NCBI GenBank assembly: GCA_036172245.1
Contig: JAYWIR010000007.1
Location: forward strand, 372,001 to 436,000
Direction: 5' to 3'
Length of the DNA stretch: 64,000 nucleotides
Origin: Raillietiella orientalis
Taxonomy: Eukaryota
Shown here: piece after piece, positions 46,801 through 59,400 of the stretch
Layout: each line of letters begins with the position of its first letter
Numbering within the stretch: the first letter of the stretch is position 1
The notes under the pieces: generated by a model
What the model was told of the DNA's origin: nothing
Seen by the model: the letters and a program-made list of their open reading frames with translations, nothing else
The model's database searches: none
Program-made: the position numbers and the translations under genes

Positions 46801-46994
46801 CGCTGCAGAGAGTCGGGAGTCACCGGAAGGAGGGACTTCCACGGTGAAGGAGTTGTGGTCGAAGGGATTTGGAAGAGGACCCCAAGCGAGCGGCGCGAGA
46901 GGTCAGACGGGAGGTGTGACCGCAGCATCGGCGAGGTTGCTGTTAGGATTCCGGGACTTTGCCACCGACGCGTGTGAAGCGCCAAAGCTGCCCC
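46648..46994 (-). repeat. Right arm of diverged inverted duplication (partner 44341-44625)
   Basis: Reverse complement reads ggggcagctttggcgcttcacacgcgtcggtggc...agcaacctcgccgatgctgcgg...ggcggaaaactcccatacagtccgtttgggctca, collinear with the left arm. Confidence 0.8.
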
Positions 46995-49900
46995 TGCACG
47001 ACTCCTACCCCTCCCCCCCCACCCCTGCGCCCTTCCCTTCCCTTGATGCCAGCTGTCCGATCACGGGGTGTCAGCAGGCTCGCGGGGCCGCGTGAAGAGA
47101 GGTGGCGGCGCCTCTCGCCGGCTTCCTGGGCGAAAAGGCGCTGCGGAGGGAAAGTGAACGGTAGAGGGGGTGGTGACCACCCCGAAACAGTGCGTCGGAT
47201 CTCGCCGGCGGTAGCGGCACGTTAGGCGAGACCGAGTGCCGAAAGGCGTCGACGCGAGCGCGACGGAGTGCCGGAGCGGGGGAGGGAGGGCAGCTCTGAG
47301 CAGCTTCCTCAGGACACCGCTCGAGGGCGCGCCGGGAACGGACAGGGCCGCCGGGAACGCGAGAGCGAGGATCGAAAGGGGGGGACGGCAAGCCGGAGAA
47401 ATGCCAGCGATCCCCCCGCATGCCTCCTGCCCGTCAGCGACCGGAAGGCGGCTGCTCTCCCTGGGCAACCGCACGACGACCAGAAGCCAAGAACTCAATG
47501 GGGCGGGAAACAAAAGAATGCGGCGGCCGTGAGGAGCGAGTCCGGGGGGGAGGGGGAGCGCGCGGATTCACCCTTGAAATCTCAGAGGGGACGACGGGGA
47601 TGGCAGTGCACGTGGAAATCCGTTCTGCGCACGCGCGGGTCCGCTGTGGTCGAGCCGGGCAGGGCTGTCCGCCTCCAGAGCGCGCGCGCAGCCTTCCTCC
47701 GTTCCCTCTGGCGCTGGAACTGCTGGGGGAGCGAGTGCTGTTCGCTCCGGGCCAGATCCGCGCCAGGCGAGAGGTGACGCGTATCGTCCTGGAACTCGCA
47801 CGCCCGCCCGCGCGAGTGACCGACCTGCGGCTCGGAAGGGCGACGGCAACGAACGCCGCGATTCGGGGACACTTCCGGCGTGCCGTCGCAGGGAAGGAAG
47901 GAGGAAGGAAGAAAAAAAAAAAAAAAATTCGGAGCCGTCACAATGACGCCTCCGCGGATCGGGAAGCCATCTTGGTTTTTCTCCCGGCGCGTCGGGCGGC
48001 GGCCGCACACGTCCAGCGCGCGCGCTATCGATCCCGTCCGTCACTTCAGGGACGCGGGTGCATCTAGGAGGAGGAGGAGGAGGAGGAGTCGCGCCCCGCG
48101 CCGCCACTCTCCCGCATCCCCCGAAGAAGCCACGAGGACGACGCCAGGAAACGCGAAATCGCATGACGGGGCGAAACCGCGATCGGTCGGTCCCTTCCGC
48201 GCACGCGTTGCGGGCGGAAGCGGAGCCGCCGCCGCCGCAGGAAGTCGGCGGCGGCGCGGGCGAAATCGCCCGGAACCTTCCGTTTCCCGATCGCCGCAAA
48301 TCGAACGGACGCGGAAGCAAGCAGCGCCACCTGCGCGGAATAGAACGCGCGCACCTAAACATAGAACCCCGATTGGATTGAAAAGGCGATGCTCCCCGAG
48401 TAGCCGGCGACTGCCGCCAGCCGGCTACCGGCGGCTTATCGATCGGCGAAGGGCTCGTCCCCTCCCCCTCCCCCCTCCCCCTCCGCTCTTGCGTGCGCGG
48501 TGGAATCACCGCGGCCCGAGCGATCATCGGTGGGATCGAAGTCCGCACTGGGCGGGCTCGAACCCACGGCGGCGCAGCAGGCACAAACGCAAAAAGAAAA
48601 AAAAAGACCCCCGCGACGTGAAGATGGCGCCCGGAACACCCTTCGCTGCCGTCGCTCCCGACGGGCGCATCCGTTTCCCCTCCTCTTCCCTCCTTGTTTC
48701 CCGTTCGAGCGACGAGCCGCGCTTTCCCCGGGAGAACCGCACGCGCATGCGCGCCTTCGAGGTGTGCTCCGGTGCGGGATCGCAAGCAGTGGTAGTCCTC
48801 CCGTTTTTTTTCTCGGGGGGGGGAGGGGGGATCTCTCTCTTGGATGCTCGAATCGGATCTTCCAGCATCCATCCATCCCTCCACCCCAGCCCACCCCACT
48901 CCTCGCGTTCAGAGAATGCGGCTGAGAGATGTTTCTACGCAACGACGATGCGAGACGTTCGCAGGCCACCCCGTTCCTTCCAGATGACCTCTGCGATGCT
49001 TTTGCGCCTCCGCCCGGCATGCGGTGAGCAGGCGCGCGCGCCAAAGAGTGGCGAGGGACCACCGCGGGCCGAACCAGCCAGCCGAGGGCGGCGCCCCGAG
49101 GCCGACCTGGCGACCAAACACTGGGTCGCGTCCTCGCAGGACGCGAGCGAGCCTGGTCTGTGGTCGAAGGATGGGCGTGGGAGCTCAGAGCCTCCCGCGG
49201 TCTCAGCGACCACTTTCCGGAGCGCAGCGGGTCCTCGTCCTCGGGGACACCGGGTGGCGGGGGAGGGAATAGTGGGAAAGAAAAAAAACGCATGCGCGTG
49301 GAGGTGCACGCACGCGCACCGAACTCGGGCTTGCTGTGGCCGCCATCCGGGCCGTTTGGCTCTCGAAACGCCTCACCGACGCTTCGTCCGAAGGGACGTC
49401 GGGGTGGCTGGAGCGCACCTCCGAAGCGTCTTGCCGTTTGCCGGACCAGCGATTCCCCGCGGCCGTGGACTGGGAAGGACTCGCACGCAGCGTTGCGGTG
49501 GCGCCGCACCCCTTCCGAACTGCGCATGGGAAGCCGCTGCAAAAGGGAAGACGTGCGGCGCCACCTGGGAGAATCCGCCGGAAGCGCCCTACCCGAAAAC
49601 CATTCCAGCCTCGTGAACTTGAAAACGCGCCTCCCCATTGGTTAATCGGAATGACGTCGGTGGGCAAAGTCAGCGACGCGACCACGCTTCGGGAGCGCCA
49701 GAGGCGGTTGTCCCTTGCGGTGCGCGCGCGCGCTCCTTTGCGAGGTGTTTTGGTGGCATCCACTGGAACCCTCTGTTAGCTCGGGGACTTCGCCGGCACT
49801 CGAGGGGGGGGGGGGAGGGGTCGGCAGTTTGCTGGTGAGGACGAAGTGCGTGACCCTGAGTCACCTTCCGCGCACGCTTTGTTTGGATAAGGCAGCGCGA

Positions 49901-52900
49901 CTGAATTCGTTCCGAACGTCCCGAGGGTGCGCACCGGTTTCCCGATACCGAGAGGCACCGCAACTCCTTGGCACCAGAAAGCTCCACGAGTCCTCAGCGT
50001 CTTCTTGGCTCCACAAGGCATCAGCGAACTCGGGGACGGTCTGGATTCTTCACGGAAGAGAATCCAGGGAGGAAACACCCCAGTTCCGCGTCCCCGTGAG
50101 CTCAGGGCCCTGACTGATGGTTCCTGCCCTCCCACCTCACCTGGGAAGCATCGGAACCGCAAACACTTTAGATCACGTGACGGTGGAGCAGTTTGCGGGG
50201 GCGCGCATTTTCCCTTTTGCCGTTTCTTTTAAAAGGGCGACGTCCACTCGGGACATCATCGGCGCGGTAGGAAATTTCAGGATGATGTGAACCACCGTGT
50301 GCCGTTTGTTCGCTGCGTGCGGCAACCGGAAGCGCGTCACTCACCTTTGCGGGATGAATCCACGTGGATTTTTCGATTCATCATCTTTTCAGTCTTCCCC
50401 CCTCCCCTTCTCCTGCCCCTTCCTTGAGGAATCCCCGTCACCCCGTGCGGGATTTGGGGATGCTGCCGGAAGAGTGCAGATTTTCTGAGGAGGAGAAGAT
50501 TTTCTGCTGTGTCCCTGTTTGTCCTGGTGCAACGCGGTGCACTGCATCCAAGGGAGCCGGTAGAATATTTTCGTGACTGGTCCACCCTAGCGAGGCTCGG
50601 CTGGCGCGCGAGGCCTTCTCAACGAATGGGCCGACCTCTTTCGCCCTTTTTGCCGGTCAGCCAGGCGCCTGCCCGTGTGCGCTCGGGCTGAACGGAGGCA
50701 GCATGGACTCCGGTCAGACCGAGCCCTTCGTGCGCTGCTCCTTCTATTTCCTCCGTTTTATTCCGTGCAGCACTGCGTGACCTGCTGTCTGTCCTCACCT
50801 GAGCCGAGCCCGTTGGAGTAGTATTTCCGACCTGTGTTCACTGCTGGCTTCTCGTACAGATGGAGCCGTCCTCCAGCCACCATCACTTCTGGAGTCTCGG
50901 ATAGATGGCAGGCCTTTCGCGTGGAGCGTTTCTCTGCTGCCTCGTCCGATGGCTGCAATCTGATGACTTCCTCTCCGTTTCCGAGTGCTCGCCACTCAAG
51001 ATCCAGGATCAAAGGATCCAGCTGGTGCTCTTTCCTCTCCATTCTTCCCTCTCGAGTATCACTGTGCACTTCTTAAACCTTCCGCACCTTCTTCGCAATT
51101 TTTTTTTTGTTGTCGTGTGTGTGTGTTTCCTGGCCTCTTTGCCCTTCCCGGCGGATCCGCCGGCATATTTTTAGCCCCCGCCGCCCACCATAAGTACTTT
51201 CCCACTCTTCGAGATTTGCAAAATGACGAACCGCGCGAAATCATCATCATTTCCTCCGAACTTATTGATTTCTACGTACTCCAATTTCCCTACTTATGGA
51301 CCCGGATGTTTAGGGCTACATGATCGATGACCAATTAATATTCAGGGCTACATAACTCCTTGTCACGTGGACAGCAATAAATAATTATGCTGCGAAGCCC
51401 CAGCCTTTGCGGATCCGACCGGCTCATTCGCGGCGGCGCGGAGCGCTGGCGCGCATTCCTTTTCCGGCAGTGCTTTGTGCGCCGCAGGCCTCCCCCTTTG
51501 CGCCCTGGCCCACCCCGCCCCCGTTCCCGGGAAGGGGAGGGAGCGCGCGACCCGCGGTCTCGTTCCGCCGGCTCCGCGGAAGGAACGAAGGAACCAACGC
51601 CTCGGGAGGTGCTCCCACGCCTTCGGTGCCACCGGAAAGCGGGAGAGACGCGGGTCGCGGGATGGAGCGCCATCTCTCCCCGCGCGTCTCCGTTGCCCGG
51701 GCGCCTTCAGCCACCTTCCTCGAGTTCTTCTCCCGTCGATCGTCCCCTTCCGACAAATAGCCTTCAGCGTTTTCTTCTTCTTTAGGGGACGTCCCCTTCA
51801 GACGTCAAATAGGGAAGACGAACGTCCCCTAGTCCTGGCGAGGGCCGATTGGGGTGCCGTTCCTTGGGGACCGCGGGAAAACAGGTTGCGCGGGGAAACG
51901 CATCTCCTCTTCGTTAACGGGCTCGCAGGTTTCTCCCTTTCCTCGCTCCGCCGCTTCGTTCCCGATCCTCCCGCTTCTCCGCTCCGGGAACACTCTGCGC
52001 TCCCCTCCCGCCTGCTCCGGATTTGCGCCTGGCGTCCCAAAAGGGGGAGGGGGCGATGGCTCGTACGGCGGCGGCTCCGTCGATCAGCACTAGAAACTGC
52101 AGGAGGGGGAGTGGGGGAGCCACGGGAAAATGGGGCGCAGGAGCGTCTCCCGAACGGGTCCTCCGGCTCTTTTCCCGCCACCCAACACGCCGAATCTTCG
52201 CGCTTGGTCCGAGAGAGGATCCCGGGCGGCGGAACGGCCGTCTCCGCGCACACTCCGCAGCGAGCCTGTCTCGCTGAAATCCCCCCCTCCCCTCCCCCAG
52301 CAGCGGCACTCGCTGGGGGAGGGGAGGAAACTGGCAACGAGCGTCAGGTGCTCCAAGGGCATCATCCATCCGAACCTGAAGATCGTGCAAGAACCCCCTC
52401 GATAAATCCTCGGGAGCGTCTCCGCCCATCACTCTTCCTCGGTTCCATTTCTCCCGCGTTCTCCGTCGCAGTGTTCCGCGGTGCCTGTTGCTAGGTGATA
52501 CGAGGGGAGGGAGGGGGGGGAGTCATCGCAAAGACCTACTCAGGAGCACGCCGCCCGCCCGCTGCCTGCCTCCCCTCCCCTACGTGCAGCCGTCCCCAAG
52601 TTACGAATGCGTGCGCGTGTATCCCGCGTGAGTGAGTTTGCGCACATTCAGCGACCCGGTGTGTGGGGGAGGGGAGAGAGGGGAGGGGGGAATTCACGTG
52701 CCTCGAAATGGCGCCTCGCTTTCCCGGATACGTGCTTTGGAGACCCCTCCTGGTGTCCAAGCGGAGGCGGGAGAACCCCGTCCTCAACCCGACGAGACCG
52801 AGAGAGCCCGGCCGGCTTCTTTCTCGCACGCGACGCGCGGGCGCGTTTGGCGGGGGCGAGCCGAGCCGCCCGCGCAGCTGGGCGTCGCGCTGTTGGGGCC

Positions 52901-53178
52901 TTCCGCTCGCGCATGCGCCGTTCGTTCTGCAGGGCCGCGCCGCTGTCCCGCCGGGGAAATCATCTCGGTATCCGCTCCTTGTCCCTCGGAGCTTTCGGCC
53001 CTCCGGTCGGAATCGTCTCCGGAATGCGGTGCACGCGGCTGCGACCTGCACGAAAGGGTCGGAAGGAGGACGGAAAGGGGAGCGGGGGGGGGGGGGGAGG
53101 ATTCGTAGTTGCGCCAGGAAAGGAAAAGGGGGAGCGCTAATCCGCGCCGGTTTCGCTCCCGGACCGCAGAGAGCGCCC

Positions 53179-53249
53179 GCGCGCGGCGGCGGGGACGCTG
53201 CTGACCGGTGCGCGCGGCGGCGGGGACGCTGCTGACCGGTGCGCGCGGC
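53179..53249. repeat. 31-bp tandem duplication (2.3 copies)
   Basis: gcgcgcggcggcggggacgctgctgaccggt at 53179-53209 and 53210-53240. Confidence 0.92.
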
Positions 53250-56200
53250 CTCCGAGGGAACCCCGGGAGCCGCATTCCCGGCGAGCAGCTTCCCCGAAGC
53301 CGATTGGTGTGCCCAGCGAGTCCCGCCACCCCTCCCGTGAGGCGCGCGCCCCGAGTGCCTGCGAACGGGTCCGGCGAGCAGGTGGAACGGGTTGCTGGGC
53401 ACGGAGACCTCGCAACGCGTCGCGAGGGATCACTACTGTCTCCCAAAGGGTGTGCTGATGAGGTGGTGTGGCCGACGGTCTTTCCATCGGGACCGGTGCT
53501 CTTTGCGAGATGCAAGAAAACGGGAATGCAAGGAAACTTCGAGATGAGAAACGCATCCTCAGGCAAATCGGCTTCGCGTTCCAAAAATCGCGTGTGCGGG
53601 TCGCGGTACGCTTTGGTGCTCGCATGTGTTCTCCTCCCCTCCCCCCCCCCCCCCAGCACCCTTCGCTCGTGCCCCCGATCCCCGCCTCCAGACACTCTTT
53701 TCCTCGCGCAGGGCAGCGAGCGAAAGGGCTGGGCTACCCCCGCTCTTGCTACCTCACTTACGAAGTCCCGCCTGATGTGCCTCCTTCTCACCTCCCTTTC
53801 GGGACGTAGATTGGGGAAGGGAGAAGTCCTTTGCTTGCGTATGTCCTGCTGGGCACTTTTCTCTTTGGCTGTCAGACGAGTGCGCCCATCCGCGAACTTT
53901 CCGGTTGCTCGGAACCGTTTCCGGCTGCAGAAGCCGGATGGGTTTCTTTGCAGTCTCCCGCAGATACACTGCTTGATCTCTCGAGAGCAGATGTTCCAGG
54001 CGTTGCTTCTCTCCTTTTTCGGTAGCTCCCCTTCGCTCGCCCCCTCCCGCAGAATGTGGACGGTTCCCGCAAGAGGCTGCCGAGAACGCGCCCTCGCAAC
54101 GGGCGGCGGCTCGCAACGCAGTGATGCCATCTGGTGGTCTCGATACCAACCACCCGGATCCCACTCGCTTGCCCGATATGCAGCGGACTTCCTGCCGGCC
54201 GCATCACGAAGCCTAACCGGTTTTTTTTTTTTTCCCCCTCACAGATGATGCTTCGAGGAGGGGATTATGTCGGGATGATACGTTGCGGGCCCGGGGGTGT
54301 CGACAGCATGCGAGCAGCAGCGAATCGCTCGCTAGGCAACCCGTGGTCACGCCATATCCCGGGTCTTCGATGAAGTTCACAGAGCGCTCTGCGACTCGCT
54401 CCCAGCCTCCATGTGGACGTAGCGCGTTCGGTTCTCGTTACCTGGCAACGGTACGCTGCAGCAGAAAAACTTCTTGCTGGCACTGAGAGGCTCTTTCGCG
54501 TGCGCCCGTCGTCCGACGGCGATGTCCGCAGCCTCCTGGACGGCTCCCGCACCCGCGGAAGGATTTTCAGCGTAGGGCACCGCGTCGCGGCAGTCCTGCG
54601 ACCGTCGGCAGGGAACTCGCCGCTGGCACTGCAGACGCTCCCGAAGCCGCGGGACCGTCCGTCACCGGCCCGGGATGACCTCCCGTCGCTCGCATGGAGG
54701 GTCCGAGTGAACTCGGGGACGGAGCACTGGGTCTCGAGTTCCCCGCCCTCAATACCGTGGGGCGGGAACACTCCGTGGCTCGCGAGGACGCTGCCGAGTG
54801 CCAGGAGTCTATTCCCGTCCTGCTTCGAGATCGGACAGCCGGAGGCTGGAGGCGGGTGTCGGCCCGACCTACGGCCCCACCGCCCGGCTCGCACCAGAGG
54901 CCGGCAGAGGAGCGCAGGTGCGCCTCCTTGCAGGATGTGATGCGAATGCTGGAGGGTGGGGAGGAGGGGAACGGGCCCAATCGGCGGCGGCGGCATCCTT
55001 GAAACATCTTCCCGCCGAAAAAAAAGGCAGGGTGCGTCTCCCTCCCTGTCCTTCGCCGGGGAGAGCGGGATCTTTCGCGCTTCCCGTCTCTACTCGCGCC
55101 TTCCGGAGCGCGCTGCTCTCCTTTCTTCCCACATCATTCCTCTTCCACGCACGACGCGGTCTTCCAAGGGGGGAGGGGCACGCGAGACTTGGAGCGCGCG
55201 TCGGCGAAGCACGCGAGTTCCCGCAGCGTCGTTCCCCCCTCCGCCTCTCCGGTTGCACCAGGGGACAGGGGGGGGGGGGGGGAGGGAAGGAAAACCGCCC
55301 CGCTCCGCAGGAGGCAGCAAAGCGATGACGCGGGGCGCCGCCTCCTCTGCGAGGAGCCACTCGGTTCCCCCTGGTCTCTCCTCCCCTAACCTTCCTTCCT
55401 CACGCGGCGGTGGGACGCCCGCTCGCTCGCGTGCGCACGCGTCTCCGCCGGACCGCGTTCGGGAATGCGCGGCGTGCCAGCGCGCCAGGGGTCGGCGGTG
55501 CGGCGGCGGAGCGCAGGCGGCGACCGTGCCCATCGCTCGTCTTGCGGAGTCGACGGCGGGCGATCGCAGGGCGGTCGGACGAGGAGGAAAAGCCGGGCGT
55601 TTCGACATTCGCGCGTGCGTTCCGGGCACGTGAAACGGATGAAACGATGGTCATGCGACTCTTCCGGAAGGGGATGAGGGTGGGACGTCCTCCGATCCTC
55701 CTTCCCCATTTCCTACACTTCAAATGTCCCTGCTTCCCTCCGACCAAGCGAAGGAAGGCCACAAGCTAGCTGACGCCCAATGACGAACTTCGCAACGGAA
55801 GAGGCACCGAGAGAACGCTTCGTCTCTTCGGATGGCTTTCAGAGAAGCCACGCGGCACCCGACCCCACCCCCCTTCCCTGCTTCGCGCGCGAATGGGGTA
55901 GACTGGCTCCGGCTGCGTGACTTGAGAGCAGGGAAGGGGAGGAAGTCAGAAGTGCAAGGAACGCTGCCCCAGGTCCAACGTGTGTTGTCCATGCAGTTTT
56001 TTTACGCCAGCTGGGAGATACAGACGGTGCAGAAGTGGGGGTAAGGGTAAAGGAGAGTCTGCCCCGATTTTCGCACCTTTGGTGCACGCACCCGATGCTT
56101 TCCCGACACTGAAGGGGCTCTTCGTTCCGAGAACACATCGTTCCCACGGGGACAGCAAGGCTCGCACCCTCCCTTTTGGCAGGAGGCATTCCAAACGGAC

Positions 56201-56288
56201 GGGAATTCCCCAGCTGCGCGCAAGCGATGATGTCAGCGTTCCACGGCAACGGTGCCTAGCGAACCTCTCGCGGAGCGGCGGTCGCTTG

Positions 56289-56410
56289 CGTGGATACCGA
56301 CTTGGTTACGCTCCCGCTGTCGCGCACACACCGTGGATACCGACTTGGTTTCGCGCCCGCTGTCGCACACACTCCGTGGATACCGACTTGGTTACGCGTC
56401 CGCCGTTCGC
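56289..56410. repeat. 43-bp minisatellite (~2.8 copies)
   Basis: cgtggataccgacttggtt starts at 56289, 56332 and 56375; the remainders of the units are also similar to each other. Confidence 0.92.
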
Positions 56411-59400
56411 CTGGCGCCATCGCCCAATTCCTCCGGCTGGCTGCGCATCTGTGTCTAGCGGGAAGAAGCTGCGTTGATCGTCACGAGCACCACGGGCCGA
56501 GCGCCGCTGGTCTGCCTATTTCGCACGGGCAGTTCATTTTTCGTCGCCCACCGGTTGCTGGGGATGAGTCTCCCAGAGTAGGAACGTGGCTGTTTTCCAG
56601 AAACCGCGTCAAGTTGCGCGTTCCGCGCGTGGGAAGGATGAAAATGCAACCCCGTTGCCCTAACGACAGGCTTTTCCCTCCTCGCTCAGAAGCGTTCGTT
56701 TTCTAGTGGGCTGGTTTTCACTGCTACGCAAGCACCGCCGGTTGCTAGGCGTGGTTTGCGGGCACTCCTTGCACAAACTGTAAGTTTTCACTTTCGAAGT
56801 TGTCTCTTTTCGCGCCGAGGGGCGTTTCAACGAGCATGTCGGTGGAATTTCAAGAGCTTCCCATACGGCAGAAGCAGAGTCAGGGAAGGGAGGTCGAATC
56901 GTTGGCGACCCCTCAGCTGTTTGTTGTGTTCCTCCCACGCGTGTTTCTTGACGGCTGGGGCGTCCACCGCCACGGATCCCAGCGATCGCATTTTTCATCT
57001 CCTGCTCATCTGAAGAGTTACCAAGTTGAGCTGCGCTCATTTGAGTGCTCGGTTCCGAAGTTTGAAGTCCCCGCTCCTGTCCACCTGTGTCCTTTTGTTT
57101 TGTTTCGGTGCCGCAAGGCCCGTTTTGGTTGTGGCTTTGGCATCCAAGGAGCCGCTGCTGCCTCGCTCTGCCCGTCCCCTGCTGACGGCAGACGCCGTGC
57201 GGAATCTCCCGTTCTGCCAACTTTCCTCTGCTTTCCTTCTTTGCGTGTGACCTTGCTCAGGATGAATGCTGGAATCTGCCCATCCATCCCTATTCGAGGC
57301 GACGTCCAGTACTCGTGTGCGTCCCTTTTACCGAGTTTTCCGCCGTCATAAAGAATTCACGATTTCGTGAGTATCAGCGGCACTCTCTGTTTCCTTCGTT
57401 CTCCAGAGCTCTTGGTTCCTTTCGTCCCTCAGAAATTCCTGCGTAAGAGACTCTTCCGTTGTCCACCTCGAACTGCGTGGGCCGTGCAATCGACTTTTTC
57501 CTTAGAAAGCTGCTGGATGAGAAAGTCATGGGTTCGCCTCAGTTTTCACCGAAGGGTGGAAACGGCAAGCTCGTTGCTCGCGCTCAAGAGGGTGGCAGAA
57601 GAAATTAAACTGGCTCTGGAGGTCAGGGAGGCGAATGAGGAGAACGGGGGAAGGGGCGATGGTAGCGCGTGGTGGTGGTGGTGGGGATGAGGACGCCGGA
57701 GAATGATCGGTGGACTAAGATGCAAACGGCGGACCGTGATCGAGACAGTCTGCGTCTCGGGCGCGCGCGCTCCTGAAAAGCGAGGACTTCGGCAGAGCCT
57801 GGGATCAAGGGGAGGCGAATAATCCGGGTGAATCAGGGAAAAAAGACTTTCCCTGCCTCCATCCTTGTTTTTCTGTTCCCCGCCTTGTTGGTTGCTCCTT
57901 CCGCCGCAAGCGGAGTCCTCGCACCGCGCGCCGAAGAGAGAGTTGCCGTTAAATCAAGAGGACGGAGTGCATGCGTCGCGACATGTTAAATAATTCATCC
58001 GGATTCCAGAAAAGAGGCTCGACGGAAGCCGCCTGGCCGGCGCGCACGGAGGAGGACCCTATTTTTAGTCCCTGGGATTCGGCGATTGGCGCCGAGAATC
58101 CTTCCTTCTCCTCCTTCCTTTCTCGCGGATGCAGTCGGAAAGACGCCACTCTGGGCGCTCGGCGAGGAAGTCGCAAGAGCCAAAGCTGCTGTCGGAGGGG
58201 GGAAAAAACCCTATCCTTGAAGAGGATGCGAAGCAATGCCGAGGTGGGGAAGGAGCGCAGAAGGGGGGAGAGGAGGACGGAGGGAGTCAACAAGGCGCGC
58301 GGGGCGCGGACTCTGTCGCGTGTCAAACCAACGACGCTCCGACGCTGCTCCTTCTTACGGTTGCTGCCCGCCGCCCGCGTTGGTGCGCAGCACCACTCAG
58401 CGTCAACTCCACGGATTTTTCCCAGAGGGCGGAAATCGGCAAGAGGACGGTCTTCCCTTTTTTTTTTTTTTTTAGAGCGAAAGGGACCTTTCGCCCGGCC
58501 GCTCACGCTACTGCGTGGTCGGTACGCTCCATCACACGCACAGATGCGCGCTCACGCGTACGGACAGACGCTTCTGTGCGTTATGCGTAACTCCGACCAG
58601 CGGCACCGCAGGAAGCGTGCGCGTCTCTGCTGGAATCATCGGGAAGAACCCGCGAGGTGCTGAGCTGCCGCCGCCTGGGGAAATAACGCCGTCACTGCAT
58701 CGTGACGGAACGAAGGTGGAGGAGGAACGCATGGGGGAATCCCGGAGTGCCATGGAAGGGGAGGTTTCCTGGAAGCCAGGTTGCAGGCGAGTGTTCTCCC
58801 GGCTCAAGAGGCGCGCGCAGTTCACGATGTGGCGGCCGACCGGGGCTGCTGCTGCTGTTACTTTGCGTGCGCTTCCCTTTTCCCGTTTGGATTTCGGGGA
58901 AAGATGGTTCGAGGGGATAAGACGAGACAGCCCCGAGCAAAAGGAGCGGGGACACTGCTCGGAAACCACTCCATTCGTGGATGGACGATGGAGGGGCACA
59001 CGTCGGACCGCGACCCTGCGCAAGGAAGATCCCTCGCTTCGGATGTTGTTTCCCGAGGGACGCTGCAGTGTCGTCCGGAGGGGGCACGCGCCCGCGGTGC
59101 CCTTCGCCCCGGAAGGGTCAAGTGAGCCCCGGACCGCTGCCGCTCATCATTCGCAGAGCTGCCGTGATCCCAGCAGTCGAAAAAAGAGACTTTCCGGGTC
59201 GGAGCCTCCGGGGTCCTGGAGGGAAGCGCCCTGTGCCAGCGGTATGCGGATGACCCTTCGACCTTCGGCAAAACCAGTGGGGCAGGGGATTGGCACTGGG
59301 AGCCCCGAGATTAACCCGGATTATTCGCTGCGCTCTGTAGGGGCGCTACGTGGTTTTCAGGCTCGCTCAGCGGCCTTGGGAAGGGCGCACGTAAGAAGGC

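Noticed and set aside
44339..46996. Intact hAT-type DNA transposon (the right end reads CAGGGG)
   Set aside because: The flanking 8-mers (gggtggtt vs cacgactc) do not match, the arms are too diverged and there is no transposase.
47568..49638. 400-578 aa ORFs in several frames
   Set aside because: Same GC artefact; the frames run through homopolymer tracts.
56289..56410. CRISPR-like repeat-spacer appearance
   Set aside because: The 'spacers' are near-identical, the context is eukaryotic and there are no cas genes; it is a minisatellite.
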